A DNA stretch of 64,000 nt. It comes from Octopus bimaculoides. Lineage: Eukaryota. Where the stretch lies: the NCBI RefSeq assembly GCF_001194135.2, contig NC_068995.1:55643170-55707169 (forward strand), read 5' to 3'. The translations under genes were made by a program, and so were the position numbers. Each line of letters opens with the position of its first letter. The stretch's first letter is position 1. Below, one piece after another: positions 38,460 through 51,669 of this stretch. Under the pieces are notes generated by a model. The model did not search any database and was not told the DNA's origin. It saw only the letters and a list, made by a program, of their open reading frames with translations.

Positions 38460-38560
38460 CTCACCATTGCTGTCAAAAGAACTGAACTCACACACCAACG
38501 CCACACAAATGGCCACACCTTAAGCACAGCGAGTATGATCACCACGTAACGACGACGAAA
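38460..38560 (-). promoter_or_regulatory. Candidate promoter and first exon ending in ATG|gtgagt
   Basis: Initiator-like TTCAGTT (A at 38483), 16-nt leader, ATG at 38467-38465 immediately followed by donor GTGAGT. YY1-like CAAATGGCC at 38506-38514 and CpG-containing TTACGTGG upstream. Confidence 0.35.
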
Positions 38561-38859
38561 CACATAATTTTTTTCCTATGGTACACTTGTACTCTCTCAT
38601 GCTTCCTATTTAGGGCGACCAGCTTGCAAAACCGCTTCAACGCCGGACAAAAGGCTAAGTAATATTTATTCAGGCTCTTTACGTTCGAAGTTTAAATGCC
38701 GGTGAGTTGTCGCTTCGGGGCCGATAGAATAAACCAGTCATTCCCACACACTAGACCTTCAAAAAAATAAATAATAAATAATGGGTTAATTAGGTTAAGT
38801 TTTATTTATGAAATTCTGGTGTTTTGAATTTGCTGCAGTAAGTAGTCTACGTTTGTGAT

Positions 38860-38919
38860 GCTGAGTGGGGTGGGGCGCTAGGAATGGGGCTCCAGTGTCA
38901 AAAAATTTGGGAGCCACTG
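38860..38919. mobile_element. Single end of a hAT (Charlie-like) element
   Basis: TTTGGGAGCCACTG (38906-38919) is the reverse complement of the CAGTGGCTCCCAAA TIR type. No partner end found. Confidence 0.35.
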
Positions 38920-39849
38920 AAACAAAGTACCAGTCAAGTAGAGGGTTCGATANNNNNNNNNNNNNNNNNNNNNNNNNNNNNNNNNNNNNNNNNNNNNNNN
39001 NNNNNNNNNNNNNNNNNNNNNNNNNNNNNNNNNNNNNNNNNNNNNNNNNNNNNNNNNNNNNNNNNNNNNNNNNNNNNNNNNNNNNNNNNNNNNNNNNNNN
39101 NNNNNNNNNNNNNNNNNNNNNNNNNNNNNNNNNNNNNNNNNNNNNNNNNNNNNNNNNNNNNNNNNNNNNNNNNNNNNNNNNNNNNNNNNNNNNNNNNNNN
39201 NNNNNNNNNNNNNNNNNNNNNNNNNNNNNNNNNNNNNNNNNNNNNNNNNNNNNNNNNNNNNNNNNNNNNNNNNNNNNNNNNNNNNNNNNNNNNNNNNNNN
39301 NNNNNNNNNNNNNNNNNNNNNNNNNNNNNNNNNNNNNGCTAATATGTCAAAAAATACTATTGAAGAGCTCACCCACCGTATTCTCCTGGTATAACGCCTT
39401 CGTATACTTTTTTTTTTTTTTTTTTTTGGTCCCTCACCAACATGGAGCTGAAAACGCGGTTCGATTAATGCTAATAGTTCGAGTCCAGACCCGGTGATTT
39501 CCACCGTCATCGCATGGACAGGCAAAAAAAAAAAACGTTGACAAGAAGTTGGGATCAATGAAGGAGAATATACCACCGACAGATTAGTTACAAACAAGGA
39601 TTATAATAATGGGAGAAAAACGAACGAATTTACCTGACAACTCAATAGATTGTACTGATATAGACTTCTAGCATTGGCACGAGACTATGAGTATAGCTTG
39701 TTAGATCGCTTACAATACTCACCTGTTACATCGATGCTGGAAGGATGAATGAGAAAGCTGATGTTGGTAAGATATGAAGACAGGATATAAACGTACATAA
39801 CCACCATTTCATTGCCGTTACATTGATTTTGCCAGTAAATAGTATGAAA

Positions 39850-39965
39850 TTTTAGATATGGGGAACAATCGATTATATCGAAGCCAATACTTGACTGTAC
39901 TTAATTTATCATTCTCGGAAGGATGAAAGGCAAAGTTGACCTCGGCGAGATTTGAACTTTGAAGT
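39850..39965 (-). mobile_element. SINE family A, 3' half
   Basis: GGAAGGATGAAAGGCAAAGTTGACCTCGGCGAGATTTGAAC. Confidence 0.75.
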
Positions 39966-41451
39966 CAACTGTCTTTAAACGTATCAATGTTGCCAATAGC
40001 TATTTCTGGTCTGAATCTCTTGTATTTTATTGTCTACAAACCCGTCATCAGTATGTGATGACGTTACGCGCTTCAAATGGATGTTATTCCTGATTGCAGA
40101 TCTAGTTTCTTAGGATTCTTGTATCTTCTGGTAGGGCCCAAGGTCTAATACAATTGCTTCTCTTGCCTCTTATTGTTATGCTAAGGTTAAACAAGGTCTT
40201 ATATTTACTTGGACCTAGACCAAGTGTTTAGCTTTTTATTAGAGTTAGGTTGCAAAATTATTTTGTGGTTTACAAGGTTTATTGGGATAGATATTAATTA
40301 ACAATTAGTAGATTGTGCGTTTATGTGTATAGAGAGAGGAGGGATGTCTGCTTGAGACTGTGTGTGGGTGAGTGTTGCATGCGTGTTGTATTTGTGTGAT
40401 TATTTTTTAGTATTTATAATTTAACAAAGGGAATGGATTAGAAAATAATAAACCGAATTTATCATTAAAACGATGATTCATGAACAATGGCAAAAAATTT
40501 TGAAAAAGTTTGTGCAAAGAAATCTATGAAAATGCCAAAAAATATAACTGGCAGGCGGCCTATGGTTAAGTTGGTTTATATTAAAGCCTAAATATTTTAT
40601 GGCGCCTATTTTATAAATTTATTATAACTGTGAGAAAGTCTTCTGAGGAATTCATAATAAGGATAAGCAAGAAACACAAAAAATAGCTTTAGAATAAGAG
40701 ATAAATATTACATAACTGGTTTTTCTGCTGTACTTGTTATTATTAATATTATCATAAGTGAGACTTTTATGGTGTTTCTATCTTGCATTCCTTCGTAATC
40801 TATTCGTATTTTTCTCCTAATTTTTATCATTTTTTTTGTTTTGTTTTAATAAAACTCGTAAAATTAGAGCAGTGTCCTAAAAATCTTGAATAATTGCTAT
40901 TGAAATATTGGGAGTTAAAACTTATTCAAGGAAAACGGGTGTAATAGCTGTGTGTTAAAATAAAATATTTTGAGCATGTCTTGCCAAACAGGTAAAAATA
41001 TATATTTTGGAAACACCTTTCTTAAACAGTAAAGTAATATTTTAGTTACTAAAGTTTTTCATCGATTTTTCTAGTTAAATTCGGGAAATCTATAAGCGCT
41101 ATCAGTGTTGTTGTTTTTTTTTTCTTTTCGTTTCTTTTCTACATATTTCATCCACTTATGGAAATGTGATATTTTGCTTTGAACTTCTATGGGAATTTAT
41201 GTTGGCTAAATACCAATAAACCTATATGTAAATTAATACGTAAATTAATACATACAGACACGCGCATCCACACATAATAATAGACATATATTCATATACA
41301 TACATGCACACATACACACACACACACATACATACATACATACATACATACATACATGCATATGTACACATACGCTATCTTTTTCAACTCACCTATGTGT
41401 GTGTGTGTGTGTGTATGTATGTGTGTCTTAGATGGTAACAACAGAACATAT

Positions 41452-41544
<93 letters not shown>

Positions 41545-42008
41545 NNNNNNNNNNNNNNNNNNNNNNNNNNNNNNNNNNNNNNNNNNNNNNNNNNNNNNNN
41601 NNNNNNNNNNNNNNNNNNNNNNNNNNNNNNNNNNNNNNNNNNNNNNNNNNNNNNNNNNNNNNNNNNNNNNNNNNNNNNNNNNNNNNNNNNNNNNNNNNNN
41701 NNNNNNNNNNNNNNNNNNNNNNNNNNNNNNNNNNNNNNNNNNNNNNNNNNNNNNNNNNNNNNNNNNNNNNNNNNNNNNNNNNNNNNNNNNNNNNNNNNNN
41801 NNNNNNNNNNNNNNNNNNNNNNNNNNNNNNNNNNNNNNNNNNNNNNNNNNNNNNNNNNNNNNNNNNNNNNNNNNNNTATATATATATATATATATGAGAG
41901 CGATAGTGCTATTAAAGATACCATGGCTAGTGCCAGCGACGGTGTTTTTAAAATACTGTCTCGCTCATATTTATTTATCAATAATTTCACGTATTTCGTC
42001 TGTTACAG

Positions 42009-42050
42009 TGGCGTTTGACCACTTCAAGCGAATTTTCATGTGTGGTGGGG
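42009..42050 (+). CDS. Candidate penultimate coding exon (42 nt, phase 1-1): VAFDHFKRIFMCGG
   Basis: Acceptor ttcgtctgttacag and donor GGG|gtaagt. Length is a multiple of 3 and it joins in frame to the exon at 43120. A phase-0 reading is also open. Confidence 0.6.
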
Positions 42051-43119
42051 GTAAGTTTTAGCAGTTGTTGGCTGAAGAAAATCAAGCACCGTTTGGCGCT
42101 AAATTCGAAATCATAGTATCAAATTAACCACCATAACTTTTGGACCGATGCCTTCCTGAAAGGGAATTAATGGACCAAAGTGCACATGAACACGTTACTT
42201 GCAATTTGAAGTCTTGGTCGTCAGATCATGTGTTTTATACTTTAATACGTCATTAATTTTCGATACAATTATTTTATTTTCCCATAACTTCTGCATTACA
42301 AATATTTTTGCAAGTATATATTTTGGGTGTTTTGATGATGGAGATCACTTTTGTAAAAAAAAGAGACGTTTTCAATTTTTTATGTTAAACGAGACGTTAA
42401 TTCTCTTTTATTGACACATTACATTAGTACTGAATGTTATGATGTTCATGCGTTTCCTAATAGAATAAGTGAAATGAATTCGGATTTCCATTATAATATA
42501 TTTTATTTATTTTATTATCGTACACTATCTTCATTTAAATCGATTAGATTTTCTGGCAATTTAATCTCATTCGCATTTGATATTTCTCCTTCACTTGTTT
42601 AAATATCAACCAATGACATGCTTTAATTTTCAAATGAGCCGAACACAACAAACGCTATAAACCATAAGATTTGTTTAGAACACACGCAAACATACGCCGC
42701 CTGCATTTAAAGTCATCATTGTTGGTACTTGTGTGTTTTATATCTTAACTACGTCAGTAATTTTATTTTCCCATAACTCTTACGTAATAAATATTAGTTG
42801 AAATGCGATGACGTGATAAATGGCCATTTTATACATTTAGCGTGGAAGGTATCTAAATCCTTTCTTAAAGACTATCCGAATGATTACGCCTACAACTACG
42901 GCTTGTCACTTTTCTAAATAACGTTACCATTATATTTTCCCACATTTTTCGTTTGCCATTTGTACGCAACAGAAATCATATATTATTTTCCTATTCAGTT
43001 TTATAACATTGCGTACGCACAAATTTCCAATTAGAATATAATATAAGCAGCAAATATTGGAAACACTATATATTTCAAGAAGTTAAATAACTGATTATTT
43101 GTCTGTTTGTTTCTGACAG

Positions 43120-43157
43120 GAGACGACGATGATGGATTGGAAATTAACGGAACCTAA
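43120..43157 (+). CDS. Candidate terminal coding exon: GDDDDGLEINGT*
   Basis: Branch-like CTGAT plus the strong acceptor tttgtctgtttgtttctgacag. Stop TAA at 43155-43157; AATAAA at about 43295 followed by a GT-rich tract. Confidence 0.6.
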
Positions 43158-44092
43158 TTTGGTGTTGAAACTGTAATTTATAAATTGACATAAGCTTCGA
43201 ATCACCAGTTGAATGAAGACTTATTGAGTAAAGAGTATAATTCATTGTGCTTAAGGAGGGATACAGTGAAGTGATTACACTGGTTAGAGGAGAAATAAAT
43301 TCACGGAGAGGAGAGAGGGAGATTATAGAAAGATATCGTGTTTGTGTGTACAGGTGAATTGAGGTGTAGGTGCAGTATGGTTAAGAAATTCGCTTCACAA
43401 TCACGAGGTCTTGCGTTCAAACCTATTGCATGGCTTCATGTGCAATAGTCATTTTCTATAGTTTTGGGTAGACCCATAACTTGTGAGTGAAATTAATTAC
43501 ACGGAAACTGTATAGAATCCCGTCGGATTCTTTGTAAACTACAGGCTTGTTATAGGTTGTATTTATATAAAGAATTGCAAGTTTAAGTCAATGAATGAAG
43601 CGAAGCTTACCTGGCGTTATTACGTACTTTGGTATCGCAACCCCGAATTATGGCTATGGGAAGTATAACTTGGAATTCTCTTCTTTCTGTACTTCGTAGT
43701 GCAAAGACTTAATCCAGATCTAAAATAAATATAAAAGCAAAATAAATTATATGAAGGATAATCTATTGAAAATATAACAGCATTTAAATATTATTCGTAA
43801 TAATAGTGGTGTCCCAGCATGGCTACAGCCTCAGGGCTGAAACATATAAAAGAATAAAAGAAAAGGTGCCTATAAATAGATCGATAAATAGATTGATTGA
43901 TAAACAGCCATACCTACATACATGCGTGTGTACATATATGTGTGTGTGTGTGTGTGTGTGTGTAAACTGAATGTTTATCTCCATATTGAATTTCAAATCA
44001 GCGCGATCTTCAGGTTCTCGATCTTCAGGTTCTCGCCTGAAGATCGTGATGGTGTGAAACTCGTGCTCTGAGAGAAATATGCATATGTTTAT

Positions 44093-44542
44093 CTCACCAG
44101 CGTCGTAAATCACTGCAAAGTGAAAATATTTGCTGATGACACTAAGCTCCAGCAAATCATCAAAGAAGAAGACCGAACTCAACTCCAGACTGATCTATAC
44201 GCTGTGAGTCAATGGGCAGACAAAAACAAAATGCAACTGAATGAGGGAAAATTTGAGCTGATGCATTCTGGAAGAAAGTCCACACTAAAACAGCCATACT
44301 CTCTTCCTTCAGGAAAACAGCTCACGGCATCCAATAATATCAGAGGCATGGGTGTAATTGTTGATAACAATCTCAGTTGGAGTGCCCACTTCAACAATAA
44401 GATCGATATAGCTCGTAGGATGAGCTCTTGGATCCCAAGAACCTTCCGGTCCAGAGAACAAGGTGTCATCATTCCACTTTTCTCCTCCTGTGTACGGCCA
44501 CACCTCGAATACTGCTGCCCCTTGTGGTCTCCCCATACAAAA
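44093..44542 (+). mobile_element. CR1/L2-superfamily LINE fragment, C-terminal part of reverse transcriptase, truncated at both ends
   Basis: Open frame reads LTSVVNHCKVKIFADDTKLQQII...LQTDLYAVSQWADKNKMQLNEGKFELMH...GVIVDNNLSWSAHF...RTFRSRE...VRPHLEYCCPLWSPHTK. The FADD motif, LGVxxDxxLSW and VRPHLEY..xWSP are characteristic of CR1-type RTs. Homology ends after SPHTK. Confidence 0.93.
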
Positions 44543-45629
44543 GTTATTACATACGTTATTACATACGTAGCAATCTTTTTTTATCAGCCAAAATATATCG
44601 AAATAATAGTGTGTGGAATATTTAAGTACAAAGGAAAAGAAGGCCTAGAGAAACTGGTAGTGGTTTGTATGTTTGCAGAACATATATGGTGAATTTCAAG
44701 ATCTGGGACAACTCTGTTTGAAGGGCAAAAGAGCAGTACGTAGCAACAGTATTTCTCTTCACCTCACAGCAGCCGAAGCTCAATAGAATTCCACAGACTT
44801 TACTGTGTAAAGCATTAATATATTTGTGATTTGCTGTTGTGATTGTATTTTGCAAGACACAATAATGTATCCAGTAGGAAAATAAAACTAATATAATTTG
44901 GAGAGGGAATACTACAGTTTGACGTTCATGTTTTTTCAACTGTATTTGCGATGAAGATGAAGCAAAAACGTATTCAGCCAGAGCATCGAAAGCCACGTCC
45001 ATCTTGTTCGATAGAAAAATATGTACACAATACCAGCCAATGTTTGTATATAGTAGTAAAAGCATAAATGTTTATACTGAAGGAAGGGAGAAAATCTATG
45101 ACGGTCTTATATTACAACAAGGTCGTTAGTGATGCAAGAAAATGCAGTTCCAACTGACTAGGAATATAAACCATGCTGCAAACACGGTTGGCGGAGATAT
45201 TAATAACACGCCATAGACTTCCTTCTTCCTTTCCTTCTTTCTTTCTTTCTTTCTTTCTTTCTCTCTCTCTCTCTCTCTCTCTCTGTCTCCCTTCGTATCT
45301 CTCTATTTTATACACATACACGCTCACGCACCCGTACACACATAGTGACACAGATATACACACATATACATACATACGTACACACACGCGCGCACGCACA
45401 TACACATACACACACACACCCAAACACCCAAACACACACACATATATACATATATACATATATACATATACATACAAAAAAATCCATAGGATAGTAAATG
45501 CATTCGCTCAAAAGCATGGAAGCATGGAAGCATGGAAACAATGTTTCATTCTTATATATTCTCTCACAGCTAGGATTTCAAATAGTTACATTTATTTCAG
45601 TCATTCTGATTCACGGTGTGTTGATCATG

Positions 45630-45665
<36 letters not shown>

Positions 45666-47050
45666 CATGCGTGTGTGTGTGCGTGCGGGCGTGCAGCGGT
45701 GTAAGTATGTGTGCAGGTATGTATGTAGTAACTGGTCCACCAAAACATCGTATTTGAGATCAAATTCATAATCAATGTTAAAACTATTTTATTTGATAAA
45801 CATATTTCTAGCCTTTCGCCATAAATAAGGCACTGTGGATAAACTACAGTACTTTCAGTAACCGGGGAGAAAAATCGAGTCGGCCAAACAATCAATTTCA
45901 GCTTTCGTTAAAGCCATCGTAGGGTTTCTCTTACTCTCATTTGGTTGCCAAGATATCGTAGAGTTCATTACTCTGTTTTTCTAAACATGTAACTATGTTT
46001 AAAAATGTAATTTTTTTTCCTAAACCGTTTAAAGTGGTTTCCCCAGTATGGCCGAAGCCCAATGATTGAAGTAAAAGATAAACGATATGCAATCATACCT
46101 ATGTCCAATAATTAACACTTATGAAAACTACATAACCTTCCAGCCCGCGCCCGCCACCAAGTAAATATTTCTATCTCCGTAAACATCACGTAGTTCTTAA
46201 ACCGGAATCAAACGTGTTCCAAGTTCTAAACCTTTCTCTCACTAAACACGTTGCTCTGTGTATAGAAGTCTTCGAAAGGATGGACGATGTGTCTTGACGA
46301 AGATCTCATTACGAATTTTACGCAAATTCGAAATGGTTATTTTTATTGTTTGTTTTTGTTTTTGTTTTTTCTTTTCTTTTTGAATTAAGATCATATTTAA
46401 TCCTTTCTAGAGGTTAATCGACATAGACGTACGACAGAACAGTTAATTGGCGGATTAACAATGAAAGAGAAAAACAATCCAAGATAATTATATCATTTAT
46501 TTGTACTTTTGTATGGTGTGGAGTATGTGTTTACACACACACACACGCACTCACATACACATATAGATACATACACACACATATAAATACATACACACAC
46601 ATATATACAAATACACATACTCACACACACACATATATATACTTGTATATGCACATACAAACACACACATATATATGCATGCATATATACACACAAACAC
46701 ATACATATAGATACATACACACATATAAATACCTACATACACACAAATACATATATACATATATACACACACATACACACAAATACACGTACACACACAC
46801 ACACACACACACATTCCATTACTAGTTATTTCACTAACAGCCAGCTAAATGCTTTTAGTCACATCCAGGTCGTTTCTCATCAAACGCAAATGGTTTGTTT
46901 GTTTTGTTGTTGTTTGTTGTTACTTTTTTTTGCTTATTGCTTTTGGGTTTTTTATTCATATCTATTATTTTTATTGTTACCTGACTTTCCTATTCACAAA
47001 TTTTCAATTTTAGAAAGATAAACTTTCTGAGTGCTTGCCTGGCTAAGCAA

Positions 47051-47324
47051 TCAGCTGAGAAGCAATGAGTGCCTATCGACGAGCCTTGTATCGGTAGCTG
47101 AGGTTACACACTCATTAAACAGGCAGTGAAGTAAGAACAGCAATGTGACACAGTTGAGAGCAACAGCAGTACTGATGGGAGATTTGTTGATCTCTTCGCT
47201 AAAATCTGTGTAGCACAATGTAAAAAGTCCCAGTTTCATTCTATAAGCTCTAGAAGTGTCTGATAAGCAAAACTCGTCTGGGCGTTCACTTCGGCCTACG
47301 TAAATAAACTCAACACGACTCATT
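47051..47324 (-). CDS. Candidate terminal exon (phase 2 start) encoding 90 aa with a hydrophobic segment STAVALNCVTLLFLLHCLF
   Basis: Strong acceptor gtagtttcattttgcag directly upstream of a 90-codon open frame in unique, non-repeat DNA. Possible single transmembrane helix plus short tail. Confidence 0.45.
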
Positions 47325-47514
47325 CTGCAAAATGAAACTACACATCATTGCATTTCACACGCTCCTATTATCAGAAGGGCAAAATATTTTCTCCTATCGT
47401 GAATATAGTTTCATTGCTTTCCAACTCGTTTTCGTACTGAAGGAGCATGTTAGCTGGATCGAATCACATTTGTAGATACGCAGTAGCATGGATTCATTGT
47501 ACAAAAGTCCATAT

Positions 47515-47580
47515 GTGTGTGTGTGAGAGATAGTGAGTAGGTTTGTGTGTGTGAGAGATAGTGAGTAGGTTTGTGTGTGT
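47515..47580 (+). repeat. 30-bp tandem duplication
   Basis: GTGTGAGAGATAGTGAGTAGGTTTGTGTGT present twice. Confidence 0.9.
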
Positions 47581-49806
47581 GTTTCTGTGTGTTTATTAAA
47601 ACTGAATCCGAAAAAATACGACTTGTTGACTCAGTTATAATAAAACATTTTCACATTTATTATCAGTATGTATACGCGCACGTATACATATATACATACA
47701 TACATACAAGCATACACACACACATACATACATGCATACATGCATACATACATACATACATACATACATACATACATACATACCTATATGGGATTCCGTC
47801 AAGACTCTTAATTTCCGGAAAAGACTTTCGGACAACTTTTCTTGACAACCAAACTGAAGTCTTTTTGTATCAACAGTTTTATCTGACCACAAGGGGTTTG
47901 TTACAGTCAACCTAATTTCCTAGTTAATAACAAGAAAAGAAGAAATATATCCCCTGTGTTCATAATAAAATAAAAAAGCTTCATTAATTTATTCTGCATT
48001 TCGTCTTTTACATTGATTAAATCTATATTTTCTACACACCAACGCTTTTTTCTGAAAATTAAGTCAGAAAATAAAAGATTTGAGATTCTCAATCTTGATT
48101 TCTTTATGTAATTTTTGCCCACTCTTTTATTACATAAGCAACTACTTTGCCAAATCATAAAATGCAAGAAATTCAATTCATTTAAAGGTTAAAATTCCTG
48201 AAAATGTGTTATTTCTGCCGATGACACTTTTAAATCGTGAATTAATGACGAACATGCAACAGGTTTCAAGAAAATAGAACACACGCATTATAATAGTGTG
48301 TGTGTGTGTGTGTAACGATTGTGTAACTGTGTCTCTGAGTGTATATCTACATATGTGTGCGTATTAAAAAGATCAGTTCAATTGTGTCCTAGTTTTTACC
48401 TACCAGTCATAGACCTAGTTTTAACAGTGCACTCTATCACCAGCCATTACAATGTCAAACGGTTGTGACAAAAGCCTGCCTACGTTCTTCGTGAGTTGTC
48501 CATCTTCTTTGTTACTTTTCTTTCTTTCTCAACAAAAACAAAATACTCGTTAATTATGTCAGCGATTATTATTTTCATTACAACGTGTAGGCATGGGTAT
48601 CTGGCTAAGAAACGATTCACAAACAACGTGATTTCGGGTTCAATTCCACTGTGTGGTAACTTCTATCATCATCTAGGATTGACCAAATCATTGTAGGCGA
48701 AATTTGGTGGACAGAAGCTGTGCAAGCTGGTTTAATAGATCGGTCATGTTCTTAAATAAGAGGCTTAATTCGTTGCCCTGTTCTACATCGCAATCTACCC
48801 GGTCCATAAGGGCCTTTTGCAGAGTCATCTTTGTTGCAAACATTTAGATCAAGTCTCCGATACCAGAACAACAAAATGCTTAACAGCTTTCTCTTTCATC
48901 CCTTAGAAGTTGATAAAATAAAGTACCAGTGAAGTATTAGAGTTTATGTAATCAACTTGCTCCTCCCCTCAAAATCACTGGCCTTCCACGCTGTCAGATA
49001 CCGGGGTCCCATTCGGCGGGAATATTGTGATTTCGGTCACGGAAACCAGGTAATCGTCTTCATGGGTCTTAGGGATCGAGAGAAATGTTATGAACCACTG
49101 AAAGACAAAGTAGACCCCGAAAATTGAAACATTAAAGAAGGAGACCAGACAATATTAGGTTTTAGCCAGTTCCGCTAATTTTATCAGTCGTCATTCTCGG
49201 TTTGTTTTTCTACGATCTAAGTTCAAATCATGCTTGTTCCAGGGATATTTTGAGGTCAATGTTAATCAAGAAATCTCTCCTACCCCCAACCCATATCTTG
49301 TTCTGTGTCAATATGAGAAAATGTCATGTCCAATATGACGAGTGTTGCAGAAGAAAATTGAGCCACCCATCAACTGTCGCTTAAAATCATGTCACTTGAC
49401 TAACACCTATTCATGCTGTTGACGTTGCCACGGTTGTCTAGATGTAGGTCGCCCTTGGTTGACAGATAGATCGATGATAAAACATTCTAACCGTAACAAT
49501 CTTTATGTTCGTCTTTAGACATAGTCTAGCTGAGTTTACATTACCATATTACTGTTGTTTTAAACGAACAATCAATCGATTGCATTGTTCGAAATCAAGT
49601 ATGTGAGTGAGCGACGCTTGGGTAAAATATTCTGCTTCTCTTTGACTATGTGTTTATATACCTTTATACGCCTTATAGCTGTATGTGCATAGATATAGTT
49701 GCTTACATTTGATTTGTGGATAAACATATCTTTCGCACAAATTAGTCTATTCACCGATCGATCTATCGATTTTTTTAGGCTAACTAACATTTCCTTCCTG
49801 GCTTAC

Positions 49807-49932
49807 TTCCTTTCTTTCGTATCACAGTCCTCTTTCATATTGATATGAGATGAAGATGAATGCGCATTGTCTATATTATAGCCGATGCTAACGTCTCTAT
49901 TATCATGTAAGTCCCATTCTTTGAAATTCAAC
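49807..49932 (-). CDS. Candidate internal exon (126 nt, phase 2-2): LNFKEWDLHDNRDVSIGYNIDNAHSSSSHINMKEDCDTKER
   Basis: Acceptor ccttagttcag, donor GAA|gtaagc, open frame, length a multiple of 3. Phase matches the 47324 exon. Confidence 0.45.
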
Positions 49933-50127
49933 CTGAACTAAGGCGGGAAGACTGTAAATTGCAATATGAATCTATTTGGAGACGAAGAGCAATACTCGCT
50001 TATAAATCCCCATGCTTTGTGATTTAGTCGAAAGCGTGAAATCGTGCCCATTACCTTCACAGATTCTCTAAGACTGGTGAAACTATTATTGTTTAGTTTT
50101 GTATTTTCTTTTCCGCTTCTCAAGTTA

Positions 50128-50338
50128 TCCTTTCTATTATAGGTACAAGACCTGAAATTTTAGGGGAGGGGTCCAGTCGATTAGATCGACCCCAGTACGC
50201 AACTGGTACTTAATTTATCGACCTCGAAAGGATGAAAGGCAATGTCGACCTCGGCAGAATTTGAACTCAGAACGTAGCGACGGGCGAAATACCGCTAAGC
50301 ATTTCGTCCAGCGCGCTAACGACTCTGCTAGCTCGTCC
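50128..50338 (-). mobile_element. Near-intact SINE family A (core GCCTTTCATCCTTTCGGGGTCGATAAA..AAGTACCAG)
   Basis: Head with TAGCAGAGTCG / GAGTTCAAATTC Pol III-like boxes plus the conserved core. About 18 homologous copies or fragments occur in the window. The core resembles the Meta/MESC SINE domain as I recall it; unverified. Confidence 0.85.
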
Positions 50339-50821
50339 CCTTTCTTTCCTCGTGAGAAACAAAGTGAGATTAAAGATGAATCGCTCGAGCGCGTTGGCAA
50401 GTGCATTTATATAGGAGCGAGTCAAGTACTTTTATTTTAGCTTTGCGAACTCTTTCGCGCCACATTAACACGCTTATGAGCACGGACGCAGACGCAGGGA
50501 GCGCGTGAAAGCCATTAACTTGAATACGTGGCTGCTGAGTGGAGCAAGGTCAAAATAAGAACGATTGAAGAGCTCCAGGCCAACTATCAATAGAATAAGG
50601 CTGCTGCCTTACCTTCTTCGGCGATTGAAACTTATCAAACAAGAATAACCGAATTAAAGAATATTGAAAGGAAAGAATGAGTGAATAAGTGAACGAATAG
50701 ATGAAAGAATGGAAAGACGAACGAATGAATGAACGAACAAACGAACAAACGAATACAAGAATGAACGAAAAAACGGACAAATGAACGAATGCTTGAAAGA
50801 ACGTATGACTGAATGAATGTC

Positions 50822-50996
50822 GAGCACTGGGGTCGATGCCTAGAATAGAAACGAATATCATCCTTTCTATTATAGGCACAAGGCCTGAAATTTTGAGGGG
50901 AGGGGCAAGTCGATTACATCGACCTCAGGGCTCAACTTGTACATTACTTTATCAATCCCGAAAACATGACTGGCAACGTCGACCTCGGCGGAATTT
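50822..50996 (-). mobile_element. SINE family A, 3' half
   Basis: ATCCTTTCTATTATAGGCACAAGGCCTGAAATTTTGAGGGGAGGGG...GTCGACCTCGGCGGAATTT, closely matching the 50128 copy. Confidence 0.8.
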
Positions 50997-51209
50997 ATTG
51001 ATTCAATAATATGAACATCAGTTTACATTTCTGCATCTGTCTCCGAATAAATTTCCTATCGAGGAATACACGAACCAACTAGGAACCCTCTACGCAGTTC
51101 CTCTACTCACTAGAAGTAGCAGACAATGCTCCCTTTGAATACTCGCTACCGCCTTAAAAGAAGAAAAGCACATTGGCTTATTTGGCCCAAGATACACTAT
51201 ACCTTCCAC

Positions 51210-51480
51210 CACGTGGTCCTGCCCTTTTTGCAGTCCTTCTTGTCCTTCTTGCGCTTCAATGACCCTTAGAACTATGACTGCGGAGTGCGTGCTCCTGGTA
51301 AAGGCCTCTCATGCTGGACAGGTCAAGAAATAGAGACCAGATTGATATGAACCATCTCTTCCCAGAAATGAAAAAAAAAAATGGTTTGCGTAGGGCCAAG
51401 ACCCCTATCTAGAAATAAACGCAAAATTACATAAGCATCGATGACAATTCAAAACCAGCAAAACTTGAGAGAAAGCCTAC
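51210..51480 (+). mobile_element. Second copy of the RTE-5'-like repeat, nested in a family E copy
   Basis: GCTTCAATGACCCTTAGAACTATG...CATGCTGGACAGGTCAAGAAATAGAGACCAG...GGCCAAGACCCCTATCTAGAAA aligns by eye to 21680-21950. Confidence 0.5.
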
Positions 51481-51669
51481 AGCCTCAAAGTCGAGAACAG
51501 TAGAGAAAAGTTGTCAATGGCCTCTGCTCTACCGTCACAACTGTGATGCATCTGATCATAGGCCTGCTCGACCAGGGTTGGCCTTTGGGCTAAATAACAA
51601 CAATAACATTAACAATACTAATAACAGTAAGGAAACCATGCATTGAGTAAACGAAGGAGACACAACGTG

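Noticed and set aside
39716-39790. Strong minus-strand donor CAG|GTGAGT
   Set aside because: It lies inside a decayed SINE family A core.
43611-43719. Minus-strand exon-like block with good splice sites (ttttag / CAG|gtaagc)
   Set aside because: Stops in all three frames. It could be a UTR or lncRNA exon, but nothing in the sequence supports that.
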